Below, piece after piece: positions 46,421 through 62,235 of a stretch of DNA of 64,000 bases (positions are counted from its first letter, which is position 1; the number at the start of each line of letters is the position of its first letter). Below the pieces are notes generated by a model. That model had not been told where the DNA came from. It ran no database searches and saw only the letters and a program-made list of their open reading frames with translations. Source of the DNA: the human T2T-CHM13v2.0 reference genome, Homo sapiens; NCBI RefSeq assembly GCF_009914755.1, contig NC_060931.1. One strand, 5' to 3'. A program made the translations under genes and the position numbers.

Positions 46421-46833
46421 TGTTGTGGTTTGAACGTTCCCACAAAAGTTCATGTGTTGGAAACTTAGTCCCCAGTGCAGCAATACTGTGAGGTGGGACC
46501 TTTGGGAGGTAATTGGGTCATGAGGGCTCTACCCTCATGAATGGATTAACCCATTCATGAATCAATGGATTAATGGGTCATAGAGGGAGTGGGTTAGCTA
46601 TTACAAGAGTGAGTCTGTTATAAGAGCCAGTGTGGGTGTCTCTCATGCAGCCTCTCTCCATGTGAGGCCTGTGCCACTTCATGACTCTGCAGAGCCCCTA
46701 TCCGCAAGAAGGCTCTCACCAGATGCGGCTCCTAGACCTCAGACTTCTCAGCCTCCAGAACTGTAATATATAAGCTTTATAAATCACTCAGTCTCAGGTA
46801 TTCTGTTGTAGCAACAGAAAACAGACTAAGACA
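46421..46833 (+). mobile_element. Solo MaLR LTR, MST family (MSTB-like)
   Basis: TGTTGTGGTTTGAA...GACTAAGACA termini with a perfect 5-bp TSD CTGCT (46416-46420 and 46834-46838). Confidence 0.9.
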
Positions 46834-49357
46834 CTGCTCTACCTCCTGAACAATAAAAGATAGACAGGTCCCTGATATTCGTAACTTTATTAATAAAGAA
46901 CTATGATAAAGTTTTACAGTCATTTAGCTAGTGAATCCAGTCACCCACTCATCAAGGCAATGGAGCTTTATAGTTTTACACTAGTCTTTAATAATGCAGT
47001 AAAAATTTACAATTTTTTTAAAATAAAAATATGGTCTTTCTCAAAAAGCCAATCATTAGTGCTTGTCATGAAAGTGAGGAGGTCTTGAGAAAACAATGAT
47101 TCTTTGAACCAGAAAAATAGAAGTTTTAGATCTATACAAAATGAGGATTAGTTAATTATAGTGGGACCTATAGAGTCTCAGATAACATTCTTCTTGAATG
47201 TTTGAGTTCTACTGTATACTAAAAGCATAATGGAGCAACAACAACAAAAACCCATGGAATTAAGGAATCGTTTCAAATACTGTCTAGTTGTAAGTAACAC
47301 TTCAAAATATTTTTGTCAACTCTAAATAAAACAGTAAACAAAAACTTATTTTCAACTCATATCAAAATATTTAGAAAATCTCTACCTTAAACAGAAATAT
47401 TCTAAAGTCATTAGAAAACACAAAATGGATTTCTTGCTTCAAATGCATACTGGAATAAAGTAGTATATTTAAAAGTATACCAAGCAACAAAATGGGCATT
47501 ATTAGCAAAATTTTCTATATTTTGATTTCACCTACTTGATCTCCAATCACTGAAAATAATAAATTAATTATTTGAGAGGAGTAAATCTTAGTAAAAGCTT
47601 CTTTCCAATAAAGCAGACACCAGATGGTCTGTAATAACTATGTGTGCTTACCCTACTCTCAAGTTATATAAGTTTTCCACAAATCCCAGTATTTGAGAAA
47701 ATAGTTTTTCTTAGCTTATAACCTTTCATTCTAGCATGGTCAGAGGAAAAAAAAATGTAATCAATTTAAAGATAAACATTGGTTTATTTTTCTTCACCAA
47801 AAGAAATGTGATTATGGTTCAAGCACATAGAACTCTTAAAATCCAAACAGAGTAATCAAGTATCCTTAAAGATTAAGTCATTTTGTGGTTTTTGGTGGGT
47901 AGGGGTGGGGAGGTGGAAAGGGAGACACTTGTATTTGCAAGCCACAGTGCTAAATGCTAAGAATATAGAGATGAATAAAACATAATCTTTGTTCTTGAGG
48001 AGTTTATAATTAGGCAAGGATTTATAGAAAACCAGAGATGAGGCAAGATGCTTTAGCTGAGTACTGAAAGATTAAAAAAGTCACCAAGATTTTTAAAAAG
48101 CTAGGAAAAGCATTTCAGGCAGAATATAAACAGTATGATCAGTATGATCAAAGGCTCTGATCAAGAACTCAGAGGTATAAAACAGGTAAAAATGTATATA
48201 GGAAAAAAGACTAATTCTGGAAGACAAAGCATACAGTCAGAAGAGGGAAGAGGGAAGTTGGGCACGTCACTAAGGCAGTAGAAAACGGTCCGAATAAGAG
48301 AATGACATGTTCAATGTACATTACTAATAAACTGCTTTAGCTGCAGTGAGGAGAAATGGATCTGAAGAAGGCAAGGCTGGAGGCAAAGTTATTGCTAGTA
48401 TCAAGGCAAGAGGTCAAGAGGGTCTAAAACAGAGGTGTAGAAATTAGCAGGAAAAAGGTGAGATAGATTGAAAAAATATTTAGGAGATAAAACCTGCCTA
48501 AACTTGGTAGTTGATTAGATGCAGGAGATGAGAGAGAAACAGGAAGTTAAGACCACTGCCAGATTTATAGCATGGGAATTGGGAACATGGCAATATCAGA
48601 AACAGCAAATAAAAACAAGGAAAGAGGACACATTACAGATGACGTTCAGGGACTGGGGAAGAAGGGAAAAAAGCAAGAAATGTTGAGTTCAAGATGTCTG
48701 TGAAGATCCAAATGGCTATGTCTACCTGCCAGATGGGATGTATAAATTAGTCAGGGCTAGAGACATAGATTTGAATAATCAGATTTGAAACACCCTTGTA
48801 AGGGTAGTTCAGACTCAAAAGTATATAAGATGCCCTAGGAAAATATGTAGAGAAAGAACAATAGGACAAGGATGAAATCCTGGAGAATACCAATTATCAC
48901 AGAGGTGGAAAGAGAAGGAATATAGAGACATTTGTGAAAGAGCAATTATAAATATATGATAGAGACTGCCAGTGTCCATTAATATTGGTGTGCCTCTCTT
49001 CTTCCATAAAAGTACTGCTAAACTACATATCTCAGCCTTTGCAGTTAGGTAAAGCCATTTGAAAATATTTTGTCCAAAGATCTATGGGCAGAAGTAATAT
49101 ATGCACTTCTAGGCCTGGTTTCTGAAACTTCTTCCATGATCCTCTGTGCTGTCTCATTTTTCATGGAAGACTTGGAAGCCACAAACTGAGGAAGCCAAGT
49201 CTCTGAATGTCTCTAAGGAGCTGCACTTAGGACAGACACTGTAGTAAATATCAATATTTTGTGTCAGAGGTCTAAACCCTGAAAAACCTACATGGTTTGC
49301 ACCACAAAAAAAAAAAAAGCTGTAATTCCTTTCTAGTATTTCATATAAAAAAGTTGT

Positions 49358-49695
<338 letters not shown>

Positions 49696-52647
49696 TTAAG
49701 CATCAAAATGATAATCAAATTAAAACTTCATAATGACCTAGGCTAGGAATAAATACTAGAATTTCAATAAAACATTTTCATGAATGTCATGAAAAGATCT
49801 ATTTAATCCAATAAAAGATTCTGTGTTTTAAAATTGTATATTATTTGTGACTTTCTAAGTTTACAAACCAGATTTATAAATTTATCGGTGACTACAAGTC
49901 CTTCTTAAAGCAGATTGGGACATTTCTTCTGAAATTTTGAGTGCTATCAAAGTTATCACCTGTGTTTTGTACAGTTCATGTAAATTGTACTTCTTGAAAA
50001 TTTCAAAAATAAAAAAGTAGTTACTAAAGGAAAAGTTTATGCATGTATGCCAAATATTTGAAGAACAAAGGACTTTTGAAGTGCAGAGAAAATGAGAGAA
50101 CTAATACTCAGCAATTTATCTATCAAGATATGTTTCCAAAGAACTTAAAATAGAGCCTAATTTACATAGGAAATCTAAATATTTAAAATAGAGTTTTATT
50201 CATTAGTCACTGTTCTGGATCATAACATAAATTTTTAAAATACACAAAAACAACATGAACACTCTTACATCTTAATCGAATCAGTTTGTTTAAATCATGG
50301 GTTACAAATAAAACCAATCCTAGCAAACCATTTCAAGGAAGTTTTTCATTGTCTCCAATAGAGTCAGAAAAACCATATTTATATTTAAAACTGTATTTTG
50401 TAGAATACATATAAATATATGCATGTATTATACATGCACAGCATTCTTTAAAAAGTATCAATATTCAAATATCAGAATTTAATAAAATATTATTCATATA
50501 AAACCAAATTTAATTTTTGATTATTTAGAAGGAAATCAAGATAGTAAACTCATAAAATTTTACATCTAAACACAACCTATTCAAGTACCTATTCTCCCAC
50601 TAGATTCCCATCGTCAGAAAGTGAATATTTAATAAGTCAATGAATAAACTGGTTTCTTTTGTAGTAGAAGGCATACACACTTAACAGATGTGATTCAACC
50701 AACTATACAAATAGGAAATATGACTAGTCAATTAGCTTACTCAGTTTCTTACATATAAGATATAGTTAGCTATACTTAAAATGTTCACTTGAAAAAACAC
50801 TTAGGATAAATTATTTTCTTCTCTATACATAGGAATCAACTTGCAAGGCCAGGAAAGATATATTGCTCCTTTCATTACTCTTTTCCTCATTAATGGGCAT
50901 GCTCTAAGTACTCGGCACTAGTATGTTAGATGTTGCTTTGCCATCAGGGTATATAAAAAAATTGAAAATGCAGACAAAAAATAAATTTCATGCTCTTGTT
51001 TCCTTTCATGGAAGACTTAGAAGCCACACACTTAAGACAGCACCATCACTTTTATGGAAGGAGTCCAGTTCCTGAATGCTACCATGGAGCTAAGCCCAAA
51101 CACTGTATGGAACATCTACATTTTCGGTCATAAAGCACGATAAATGTCCTGAAACTCAAGGAACTTATAATGTAGAACATAGCTGAAGCAGTGCATCTGT
51201 GTTATAGTACTGTCTTCTTGGAGGAAACATCTTTAGAGTGAGTCAGGAAGCCCTCAAAGTGATGATGGAATTTGCGGTTGCAATCAAGTTCACTGTTTAA
51301 AAACCTCTCCTAGAAAGCCAAGAAACTAGGATCAAATCCTTGCTATTCCACTAATTAACTTGTGGAGTTGAGAGTAAACAATTAGACATTTCTAAGTCTA
51401 GTTTTCCTCATCTGTGAACAGCCAATTGTTCATTAAGTAAAAGGGGCTGGCCAATTTAGGTACTCAATACATGTTTGCTTTCAACCACCCACCCACCCAC
51501 CTACTGGCACAAAGGCTCCAAACTCTACTTGTAAAATCTACCAAAAAGAAAGTTACTGCATTATATTTGTGTATAAATGGTTTTTACAACATCTATATGT
51601 TGGATTTTTTTTTTTCTGCTCTCTCTGGAAAAAAATTAGTTTAAGCCTTGCTTAAGAAAAAAGAAGCTAAAGTAAATAAATCCTGACCAAGAACGCATAT
51701 ATTCTCAGTTTGTTTTCTGTAAGTCAAATGTTTAGAAATAGCAATGTATTTTCCCATAAAAACAAGTTTTAAGATTCTCAAGCCAGTTTATTTAAATATA
51801 GCCAAAATATATACCTAATTTGTGTTATATAACCATCAGCATTTAGCACAAAGAATTCATTGAAATATATATCCAGAGTTCTAGGTTGGGAAGATCTTGG
51901 GAGAAATAATTCCCACCAAAATTCCAGGAACTAGAAAACTGGGACTTACTTTCACCAGCCATGACTCTAATCTTCTCACCCACCAGGATGTGAGACTAAA
52001 CACTGCCCGCTCTCCTGTACCCCTCCCATCCCAAACCCCAGACTACAAACTCCAAAAGCATGTTCATACAATCCCTTAGGACAAGGATGGAAATAGAGGT
52101 GACAGGGGAGAGGAAGGCAAGAAACTTAGAAGTGTCTGAAGGGTGATTTTTTAAAAGTCGAGGCACTGGGGTGTGTCCATGGAATTAAGAGGGGTTTCCT
52201 GTCTTAGTTCTCTCTTGTATATGCTGAAAAACCAAAGCAGAGTGAGGAACAAGGACTAGGTGGAGAAAGCAAGGCTGAACATGGAAGCTTTTCTACAGTT
52301 ACTTCTGTGAAAGTAACTATAATTTGAAACTGGATTAAATTTTCCCTTCCCCTTCTCCTTCTCATTGCTGTACTAGTATTACAAAAAGAAGCTGTGAGAA
52401 ACATCTAAAAGAGTTCTTTGCATTGAGGCAGGGTGATAATGGACCACTGGAAATGAGGTGGGAAGTAACATCCCAAAGGGGATGGTAATAACTGAGAAAA
52501 TAAGAAAGTATATTTAATCCTTCTACTCTACTCTGAGTTCTTTAACGACAGGTTTCACCTCCTGCCCAACTTTGCACCTTTGGTGCCTGGAAATCTGGCA
52601 CACAGTAGGTGGTCAATAAATATGTCAAATGAATGAATAAATATAAC

Positions 52648-53069
52648 TGTAGTAGATGCTATATTCCTTATCCAGATCCCACATCATAACTGAAGGGCTT
52701 ATTTTCCTAGCTATTGGAGTACTGCTGGCAGACAGCCCTCAGCTGTCAGCCCTCTTTGGGAATTACCTAGCAAAAAGGAGTCACTTCGGCCCAAGATCAT
52801 ACTCCTTCCTGGGGCAGCTTGCATCTAATGATTGGGGATATAAACGTCCAGCTCCTCTCACCCCAACTTGAGACAACTCTGAGGGACCATCCCAGCTTCA
52901 GAGCTCTCCGTGTGGGTTACTGAAACTGTATCACAGTCCAACTTCTCCCATGGAAATCTGGCTTTCTTCCTTTACATGGCATTGGTCCCAAGAGGCCTCC
53001 CTAGTAAATTTGCTGTGCTCAGATTTCCATTTCAGAGTGTCTGCTTTCAGGGAAATTCAACCTGAAACA
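52648..53069 (+). mobile_element. Solo ERVL LTR, LTR16-like
   Basis: TGTAGTAGATGC start; tcagagtgtctgctttcagggaaattcaacctgaaaca end. Confidence 0.65.
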
Positions 53070-54482
53070 ATAGTCCAAAAGAGGACCTAGATTTAAACCA
53101 GCTAAGGAAAGGTATCTGATTTCATATTAAAGGTCAGTAAATATAAAAAGGTTTTATTAAGGCTAAGGAATTAACTTTCTTTTCCAGCAATGTATTTCCA
53201 TTTTAGCTACTTTAAGTAATCAACAGACCTAGAGTACTTTGAGGACTGCTTCAAAAAAGACCACCTGTTTTACTACCATCTAGGCAATTAATGATAAACT
53301 GTACCAAATTCAATTTATCTAACTTAAAAGAATGCAAAAAAGAAACATTATGAATTTAGTGTAAACATGGTATAAAGCATTGCAGAGAACAGACTGCTTT
53401 TCCTGTGGATGTTAATCCACATCTGACTTGATAAGGAATTGTTTCTCCACTAAAAGCTACTAAATACATTAAGCACAGTATTTTTCATTATGATTAAGAT
53501 AGTTAGAAATGCAATGCTTATATAAAAGTCACTTTTAAATTATGAAGAGTTACAAACTACCAGATCTACTTAAGGTACAACTGAATAAAAAATAAATAAA
53601 TGAATAAGTAACAAAACCATTTGCTTCATCTGGATACAGCTCCATATGTACTTACGCTATTTTGGGCTCAAATAATACTTTAACCTTGCAAGAATGCTTG
53701 AGGTTTAACCATTAAATTGAGGCTCCAGAACTATTTCAAGCATATAAGTATGCTTTTTAAAAATTTTTTTTTTAGAAGACTACTTGCCAAATTGCTACAT
53801 AGCATGATTAGCACTAACCATGCTTTCTAATGCCACTCTATAACTCTTGCTCACAACTAAAATCTGAGGGTTTTGCCAGAGTGTACAGATACCAATATCC
53901 AGCTTTACTATAGAGGTGAAATGAGTGGACTATATATGGAAAAAGTCCGAATCTGTACTTCCTGGAATATGGCTCAAAAGGCATTTAGCAGATGTTTTAT
54001 ACTGGATTAGTGATTATTAATTCTATCTGTATATATTTCAGAAAACACACCTGGATTTGAATCATCTGCTCTGTGGAAATTCAAGAAGCAGGCTGAGTGA
54101 CACTGAACACCAGCATGCCCTTTGCCATATTACCTCATCATTATACTCTTATTTTCTTTCAATAATGCAAACATTAACTATGTAATATTTCTTGCAGAGA
54201 CAGGATTTAGAAACCACAAGAGGATATTTATCAAAGAAAATGGAAACAACAGGGTGCTGAGAAAACCTGGTGCTAGTACAAATGCACACAAAACATTTAA
54301 AATAAAATTAGTATCAGAGTTGCTATAATTACCTTCCACCAAATGTTTCATTAATTTAACCCTCAGCTTTCTTATGTTAACATAAAAGCAATCACTCAGT
54401 ACCCATCTTTACCTAACACTGCTTTTACTTCATCTCCTGCATGTATTTCCTTGCTATTTGTTTCCTATTATAAGAAAACACA

Positions 54483-54875
<393 letters not shown>

Positions 54876-55033
54876 TCATTTTATTTTTATGGTTTTTTTT
54901 TTAAAAAGATGGTTAGTCTGCATTTCATTATTTAAAAGGCCAGTTTCCTGATCCTTTTTTCAACTACAGAGTCATCTCTTAAAATTTATGCTACGTGGAA
55001 AGTCTCAGATGTATTACGCCTTTGTCAGCTTAC

Positions 55034-55172
55034 CATGAACACTTCCTAATGTAATATCCCCAGCAGCAGAAGACAGAAATGATGATTCTGTATAAAGATA
55101 CTTGGCTTTCAGCAACCCATCTTCGGTAGATACAGTAACAGAACTTCCCTGCAGTTTATCTATGGTCACAGC
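55034..55172 (-). pseudogene. FAM185BP: FAM185A-like exon (139 nt; AVTIDKLQGSSVTVSTEDGLLKAKYLYTESSFLSSAAGDITLGSVH-G)
   Basis: cttactag|GCT ... CATG|gtaagc; open, phase 0 to 1, compatible with neighbouring exons. Confidence 0.87.
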
Positions 55173-57460
55173 CTAGTAAGAGAAAGACTAATCAGTTCAT
55201 TATAAAACAAAGACTGGTAAAAAGCCAAAATGCTACCTGTGGAATCAGTGGATAACTACATAAAATGTTACTACCTAGTACACAATCACTTTATTGACTC
55301 TGATTCCCTACCTCTAATTACGAGATTCTGAGCAATAGTGCATTCTCTGCAGAATATGGAACAGATCCAATACATTCCCCCATTGACTTAGGTCTCCTTT
55401 AATTTCTCTTAATGTTTTATATGCCCTATATAAAATTCTTAATCTTTTATTAGATTTATTCCTTTTAGATATTTTTAAGTGCTATTGTACAAGGTATCTT
55501 TTGAAATTTCATTTTATCCTAATTGACTTTGTATTTAATCTTAATCCAGCAACTTCACTAAACTCACTAATCCTAATAATTTATCTGTACTTTTAAAAAT
55601 TATGTATGTGTTATTATACTGTCTACAAGTGATGGCTTCATTTCCTCCCTTCCAATCCTTATATTAATACTTTTTTTCCTGCTTTTTCTTTCTTTTTCTT
55701 GCCTTAACATCTGTCTCAGGCCCCCAATTCCACAGTGAATAGCAGCTAGCAGAAGCAATGGGACAGCAGGCATCCTTGTCTTATTCCTGTTCTCAAAAGA
55801 AAAGTTTACAACATTTCACCATTAAGCATGATGTTTGCTATAGATATTTTTAAAATAATTTTTATCAGATTAAGGACATTCCCTTCTATTTCAACTTTGT
55901 TTTATTGCTTTTGCTATTTAAATCATGAATAGGTTTTGAATTTTAGCACATACTTTATCTGATTCTATTGATTTATCATGATTTTTCTCTGTTAGTACAT
56001 TAATGTAGTGAATATACTATTATTTCTAGAACTTTTCCACTTGACATCTAATAAGGCAGTAGCTTTCCACCAAACTAAATGGAAGGAATTTAAATTTACC
56101 TATTTAATGACAGAACAAAAAGTAGATTTAAAAATCAGTATCTTCCTGACAGAGGTATTGCTATAAATTTTCTTTTCTAGATGAAAAGAAAAATTTTTCA
56201 CTTAGTTATTATGAATATATATATAAATACATATATATATAGTTCTTACAAATAATGAAAGCCAAGTTTTAAGGAAGTACTGTGGCTTTGTAGCCCAGAC
56301 TGAGAGGAAAACTGACAACTATGTCATCAATTCACCAAATAGACGAAATGGGTTTCTGTGTTCTCTGTTAAGTTATAAAACTAAACTTAGATACTGAAAT
56401 TAACACAATTTAAAAACAGTCATGTAGAATAATGATGCTATTATTTATAATGCTCATTTGATTCTCACAATCTTGTTAAGTGGACAAAGCAAATATCACC
56501 ATCCTGTTTGCTGAATAATGAAACTGAGTCTCTGGGAAGCTAACTGGTAGGTCTAGAACCCGTCCAGTTATCTTTCCTGTGATTCCTTTACCTTTATCAT
56601 CATCATCGTGGTAAGCATTACATTAGACTTAGCTATGTGCCAGACGTTGTTTTAAGTATTTTACCTGTATTAACTCATTTAATCCTCTTAATAGAGGATT
56701 TTTTGAGTTTGTTCTATTACTATTACCCAATTTTCCAAAAAACTGAGACACACAGAGGTTAAGTAATTTGTCCAGTTATAGAGCTTAGTGAATGGTGGAG
56801 CCAGAATTCAAACACAGGTAGTTTGGCTCTCAATATAGTGCTCTTAACTAATTCACTATATTTGTCTCTCAAATATCCAAATCACATTTCTATGAAAGTT
56901 GTGTATTAAAAGTTAATAGATTTCACAAGTATTTATTTTATGTTTTATAAAAACTACAAACTTAGAAATATACATTAAAAATCAATACTATATGTAATAA
57001 AAATAGGAAAAAAAACCTAGACTGATTCTTGAGTACATAACAAAACTCAATCAAGAAATAAAATTGTATAATAGCAAGTAAAACACATGAATATTCAGTA
57101 AACCATAAACATTGGAACAAATAAATAACTGAGAGGAAACAGTGGCCAAGATATTCAAGGTAGCAAATGATTAAGATATTAAATTCTTTGATACTTATAT
57201 TTGATTGCAAATGTTACAATATTCTAGTAACTTATTTCAATAACATTAGCCATCATTTACTGAGTTTGAAGGGGCTGTAAATTTGTCTAATTTCCCTCTT
57301 GCACCTCCAAGACCACAGCAATCTAAAAAGTAAAACTAAATGCCATCTCAAAAAAGCTGCAGCATAAGGCCACACAGTGTCTTTCAACACTTTCCTAGTT
57401 TAATTTACAGAGTATTTTTAAATGTTTAGGTTTAAACAACCTCCCACGGGGTCTAAGAGA

Positions 57461-57770
57461 AAGGTGATGGAAGATAAAACAACAGAAACAATTACTGTTA
57501 TAACCTACCTTGTTTAATTATGCCAACAATAATCTACATATAAAATATGCTCACAACTCCTCCCCACCAACTCTCTGAAAATAAAGCTGACCATGGAGTA
57601 TAGCAAATTTGTAGGAAGGTGATGGAAGATAAAACAACAGAAACAATGACTGTTATAGTCTATCTTGTTTAATTATGCCAACAATAATCTACATACAAAA
57701 TATGCTTGCAACTCCTCCCCACCAATTATCTGAAAATAAAGCTGACTATGGAATTTAGCAAATTTATAAG
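57461..57770. repeat. Tandem duplication, 155 bp x2
   Basis: Units 57461-57615 and 57616-57770; about 14 substitutions counted by eye, no indels. Confidence 0.95.
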
Positions 57771-58486
57771 AAACAAAAAAGCTCTTGCAAATTGTATCAG
57801 TGTAAAATAAAAGGAAACTTTTTCTCAAAGATACATTATCAATCACATTTTTTAAATGACAATTTATAATTCCAAAATTATACCTTTACTCTTAATACTA
57901 TGCTAAATAACCAAAAGCTACAAAAGGAGTTGATTAAAAAATACAAACTATCTTCCTATAACAACGAAAATCTCAATAGCTACTAAAAAAAAAAAAAAAA
58001 AAAAAGCTGTGAGAGAGCAGTAAAGCTATCTAATGGTGCCACCTTGTGGAAAATACTGAAGAAAGCTGAGTTTTGAAACATCCTTCAATTTGCCTAAGGG
58101 CGAAGTAAAAAGGTCTTAGAAAATACTCAAATAAACCTAACACAAGAAAAATCCAATCCAGTTACTGGTGATATTACTTAATCATCTATTTTAATCTATG
58201 ATCATAAAAATAAAAATCTTTTCAGAACTTGAGTTAAATAGTAAGCATTTAAGTTTTTATTGATTCCAGACTAGGAACTAAGTAACTGTCAAAAGTATTA
58301 AACCACAAACTAAAACTTAAGTTGTATATTATTTCATCACTTCAATTTCAAATTTGAATTTACTTATGAACTAAAATGCATTAAAAAGGGAATGTTATGC
58401 TACGAACTTTGTAGAACCTACCAACTTGGTGAGCCAAATGGAAGCAAAGTTGCAATTACTAAAAAAAAAGAAAGTTTCAATCTTAC

Positions 58487-58579
58487 ACTTTTATCTGATG
58501 CATGAATATCTATATTTCCATAAACTGTTCCCAGACAGATCACTTTGCCTCCTTTTGTTTGAACATGCAATTTTTGACC
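58487..58579 (-). pseudogene. FAM185BP: FAM185A-like exon (93 nt; GQKLHVQTKGGKVICLGTVYGNIDIHASDKS)
   Basis: tttcag|GGT ... AGT|gtaaga; peptide matches recalled FAM185A (DUF4097/adhesin-like beta repeats). Pseudogene status inferred from the missing last exon. Confidence 0.85.
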
Positions 58580-59742
58580 CTGAAAGACAAATTTAAAAAT
58601 ACATATAGTGAAAAAGAGAGTAAGTGTGACTTATACTAGTGAAACATTTTCAATATTTCTGTATTAATACTGACAAAGCAACAAAAGAACAATAAGGAAT
58701 GAAACAGAAACTCACTGCTTCGAATAATGACATCAACTGGAAAAAAATGTCAACTGCTGTTAAAGGGATTAAATAAGCCACTTGGACTCAAAGGGAAAAA
58801 CAAGAGATACTTGGGTATTCTGGTAGCTTCACTGATGAAGGACTTGGGAATCAAAAATCACTGTGATCAGCTAACTAAATATCCACAGTGATGAAGATGA
58901 CAATAATAATCAGTTACTATTCATCATTAATAACAATAATAGTTATCACTTATTTGGCATTTTCTCTGCACCAGATACCATGTTAGCTACTTCACATGAA
59001 CTATCATTTAATCCTCACAACAAACCAGAGAGGTAAGTATTACATTTTTCCCATTTTACAGAGGAAGACTGCCAAGATTCAGAAAGGTAAATCACTTTAT
59101 CAGGGTGACAGAAAAAAACCCAAAATCTAAAGTAACAATTAGAATCAAGTTCTGTATGATTCCAAAGCCCACACTCTTAACGCTGGACCGGTCTGAAGGA
59201 CAGAATACACATTAGGTTAACAGCCCACTTAAACCTTCTAGCACAACACATCCCAGAAACTAAGTAAAAATGCCTCCGAGCACAAAACAGCAGTCACAAG
59301 CCAGTTAGCCTATTCTGCAAGACAGAAAACAAAAGTATGTGTATGTGTGTGTGTGTGAGTGACTTGATTTTGGACTTGGGAACTATGGCAAACACTACTA
59401 TTGGCTCATCAAAATCCATTTTTTTCCAAAGTAAAAGCAGTATAGCTTGACCCATGGCAAGACCACATTTTCCAGCTTCCTTTACCTCTTAGGTGTTGTT
59501 AAGTTGTTACCAACATAACGTAAGTGGAAATGCTATATGCCATTTCCAGGTTGGTGCTTTTAGAACAAGTGTGCCTTCTCTGTGCTCTTCTCATTCCACC
59601 AAGTGGGTCCAGAATATAACAAGGCTCTAAAAGATGGCAGAGCCGGAAGACGGAAGGAACCTAGAATCACTGAATGAAAAAGACCCACCCATACACCTGG
59701 ACACAAGTAAGAAATAAACTCATATTATATATGAGCCATTAG

Positions 59743-60055
<313 letters not shown>

Positions 60056-60082
60056 TAGTCTGATTTTTTTTAGAGTAATTTA

Positions 60083-60224
60083 TTTTCCCTTAATCATTAT
60101 ATATGTCTTTAGTTTTATTACAGAAAGAGATATGGATCACTTGAGCCCAGATGTTTTCCCTTAATCATTATATATGTCTTTAGTTTTGTTACATAAAGAG
60201 ATATGGTTCACTTGAGCCCAGATG
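60083..60224. repeat. Tandem duplication, 71 bp x2
   Basis: Units 60083-60153 and 60154-60224; 3 substitutions. Confidence 0.95.
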
Positions 60225-60440
60225 TTTGAGGATTCAGTGAGCTAGGATCGTGCTACTGCACTCCGGCGTGGGCAACACATCAAGACCCTGTCTCTTAAAG
60301 AAAAAAAAATCTGTACTATAGCATGGTTAACTACGTTATGCCCAGAGACGTGAGTCTGAAGTCAAATTATATTTAATATACTCCTTATCAAATATGTGAT
60401 AAACCTTTGAAAAGACTATCCACAAAGCACTTGTTTTTTT

Positions 60441-61308
60441 TATTTTTTAATTATTTTAATTATTTTTATGTACAGAAAACACAACAGTGTACATTTAACC
60501 CAGTTTAGTGGCAAGTTCTTTAGCCTTTGCCTTTTCGAGCTTGGCAATGTGAGCCACAGACTTGGGACCCAGGACATTGCCGTCCCAGTGACAGTGGGTC
60601 TCATCGTATCTGGCATTGTAATTGGTCCCGATAGCTTCCACCAGCTTAGCCAAAGCTCCTTTGTCTTCTGAGTTAACCTGTGTGAAGTCGACAGTGGTGT
60701 AGGTCTTCCTGTGAACTAGACATCCCAGTCTTGCCTTCCCCTTGATAATGCAGCAAGTGGCCCCCATTTTATGACACAGGACAGGCAGGAAAACAGTCAG
60801 CTCAATGGGATCCATGTCGTGTGTAGTCACCACCAGCGGAGCTTTCTTGTTATCCACAAAGGTGGTGACGGTGTTAACTCCTGCTCGAAAGACAGGTAGT
60901 CTCTTCATGGGGAGGTCCCCTTTGCCCACAACTCTGCCTGGGCCAACAGCCTCCACTTCTTCTCTTGCTTTGTCTCTGGTCTGTATTTGTGGGCCAGCTT
61001 AAGCAGCTGAGTAGCTGTTTGGCCTTCCAGGGCCTGGGTGAACTGGTTAATCGCAGGAGGCACTTTCAGCTGCTTATAGAGTATGGATCTCTGCCATTGC
61101 AACCTGATATAGCGGGGCCATTTCACAAAGCAGGTGAGGTCTCTTTTGGGCTGGATGTCCTGTCCAATGCCAAAATTCTTAGGCCTTTTCTCAAACAGGG
61201 GATTCACCACTTTCTTGGCCTCCTGCTTCTTCACAAAAGCAGGGGCCAGAGCCAACTTCTTCCCCTTGGCCTCCTTTCCTTTCGGCATCTTGGGCGACGG
61301 GAGGCGCA
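60441..61308 (-). pseudogene. RPL7AP: Processed pseudogene of ribosomal protein eL8 (RPL7A)
   Basis: Intronless; ATG 61288 ([11 protein letters not shown]...) to TAA 60495 (...[10 protein letters not shown]) spans 794 nt versus 801 expected for 266 aa, giving a net 7-nt deletion and a frameshift near 60930. Also has a 3' UTR, A-rich tail and TSD cacttgtt(t/g)tttt at 60428-60440 and 61309-61321. Confidence 0.96.
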
Positions 61309-61878
61309 CACTTGTTGTTTTAAGTCAAGAACTCTTAACCAAGCTCACATGAACTTACAAAATTATAAGTAAAATTTCATAGACATGCATTTTTTTCTTC
61401 TTAAGGAGACAATTAGATTTTCTAAGAGGTCTAAGGTTCAAAAATAGTAAGAGCTACTGTTATAATTTAAAGCTCATCTAATTCCCAAAAAAATGTGAAG
61501 TTGATTATAGAATTTTTAAAAACATAAAACCAAATAGTTAAATGTTTAAATAAATCAGAAATTATTTAGAAAATAAATTATACTGCATTTAAAAAATGCA
61601 AATGTGTGACATTCAATTAGTTAAGGGTCTGTTGCCTAAAAAATTCACTTATCTTATTCCCTAAGGATGCTGTACAAATGTGGTCTTACCATATGTTTTG
61701 TCAGGACAATAAATAAAGGTGGAAAAAGCATGAGCTTGGAAATCAGAAAGACCCAAGGTCAAATCCCAGCTCAATTTTTTTTAGCTATGTGAACGCAAGT
61801 GAGTTCCTCAATCTCTTGGTGCCTTCTAGTTTCTTCCTTGATAAAATGGAGAAAATTCAAGGATTAAATGAAGGTTTA

Positions 61879-62235
<357 letters not shown>

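Noticed and set aside
53100-54480. Long repeat-poor AT-rich stretch resembling a 3' UTR or conserved non-coding element
   Set aside because: Cannot be supported without conservation or transcript data.
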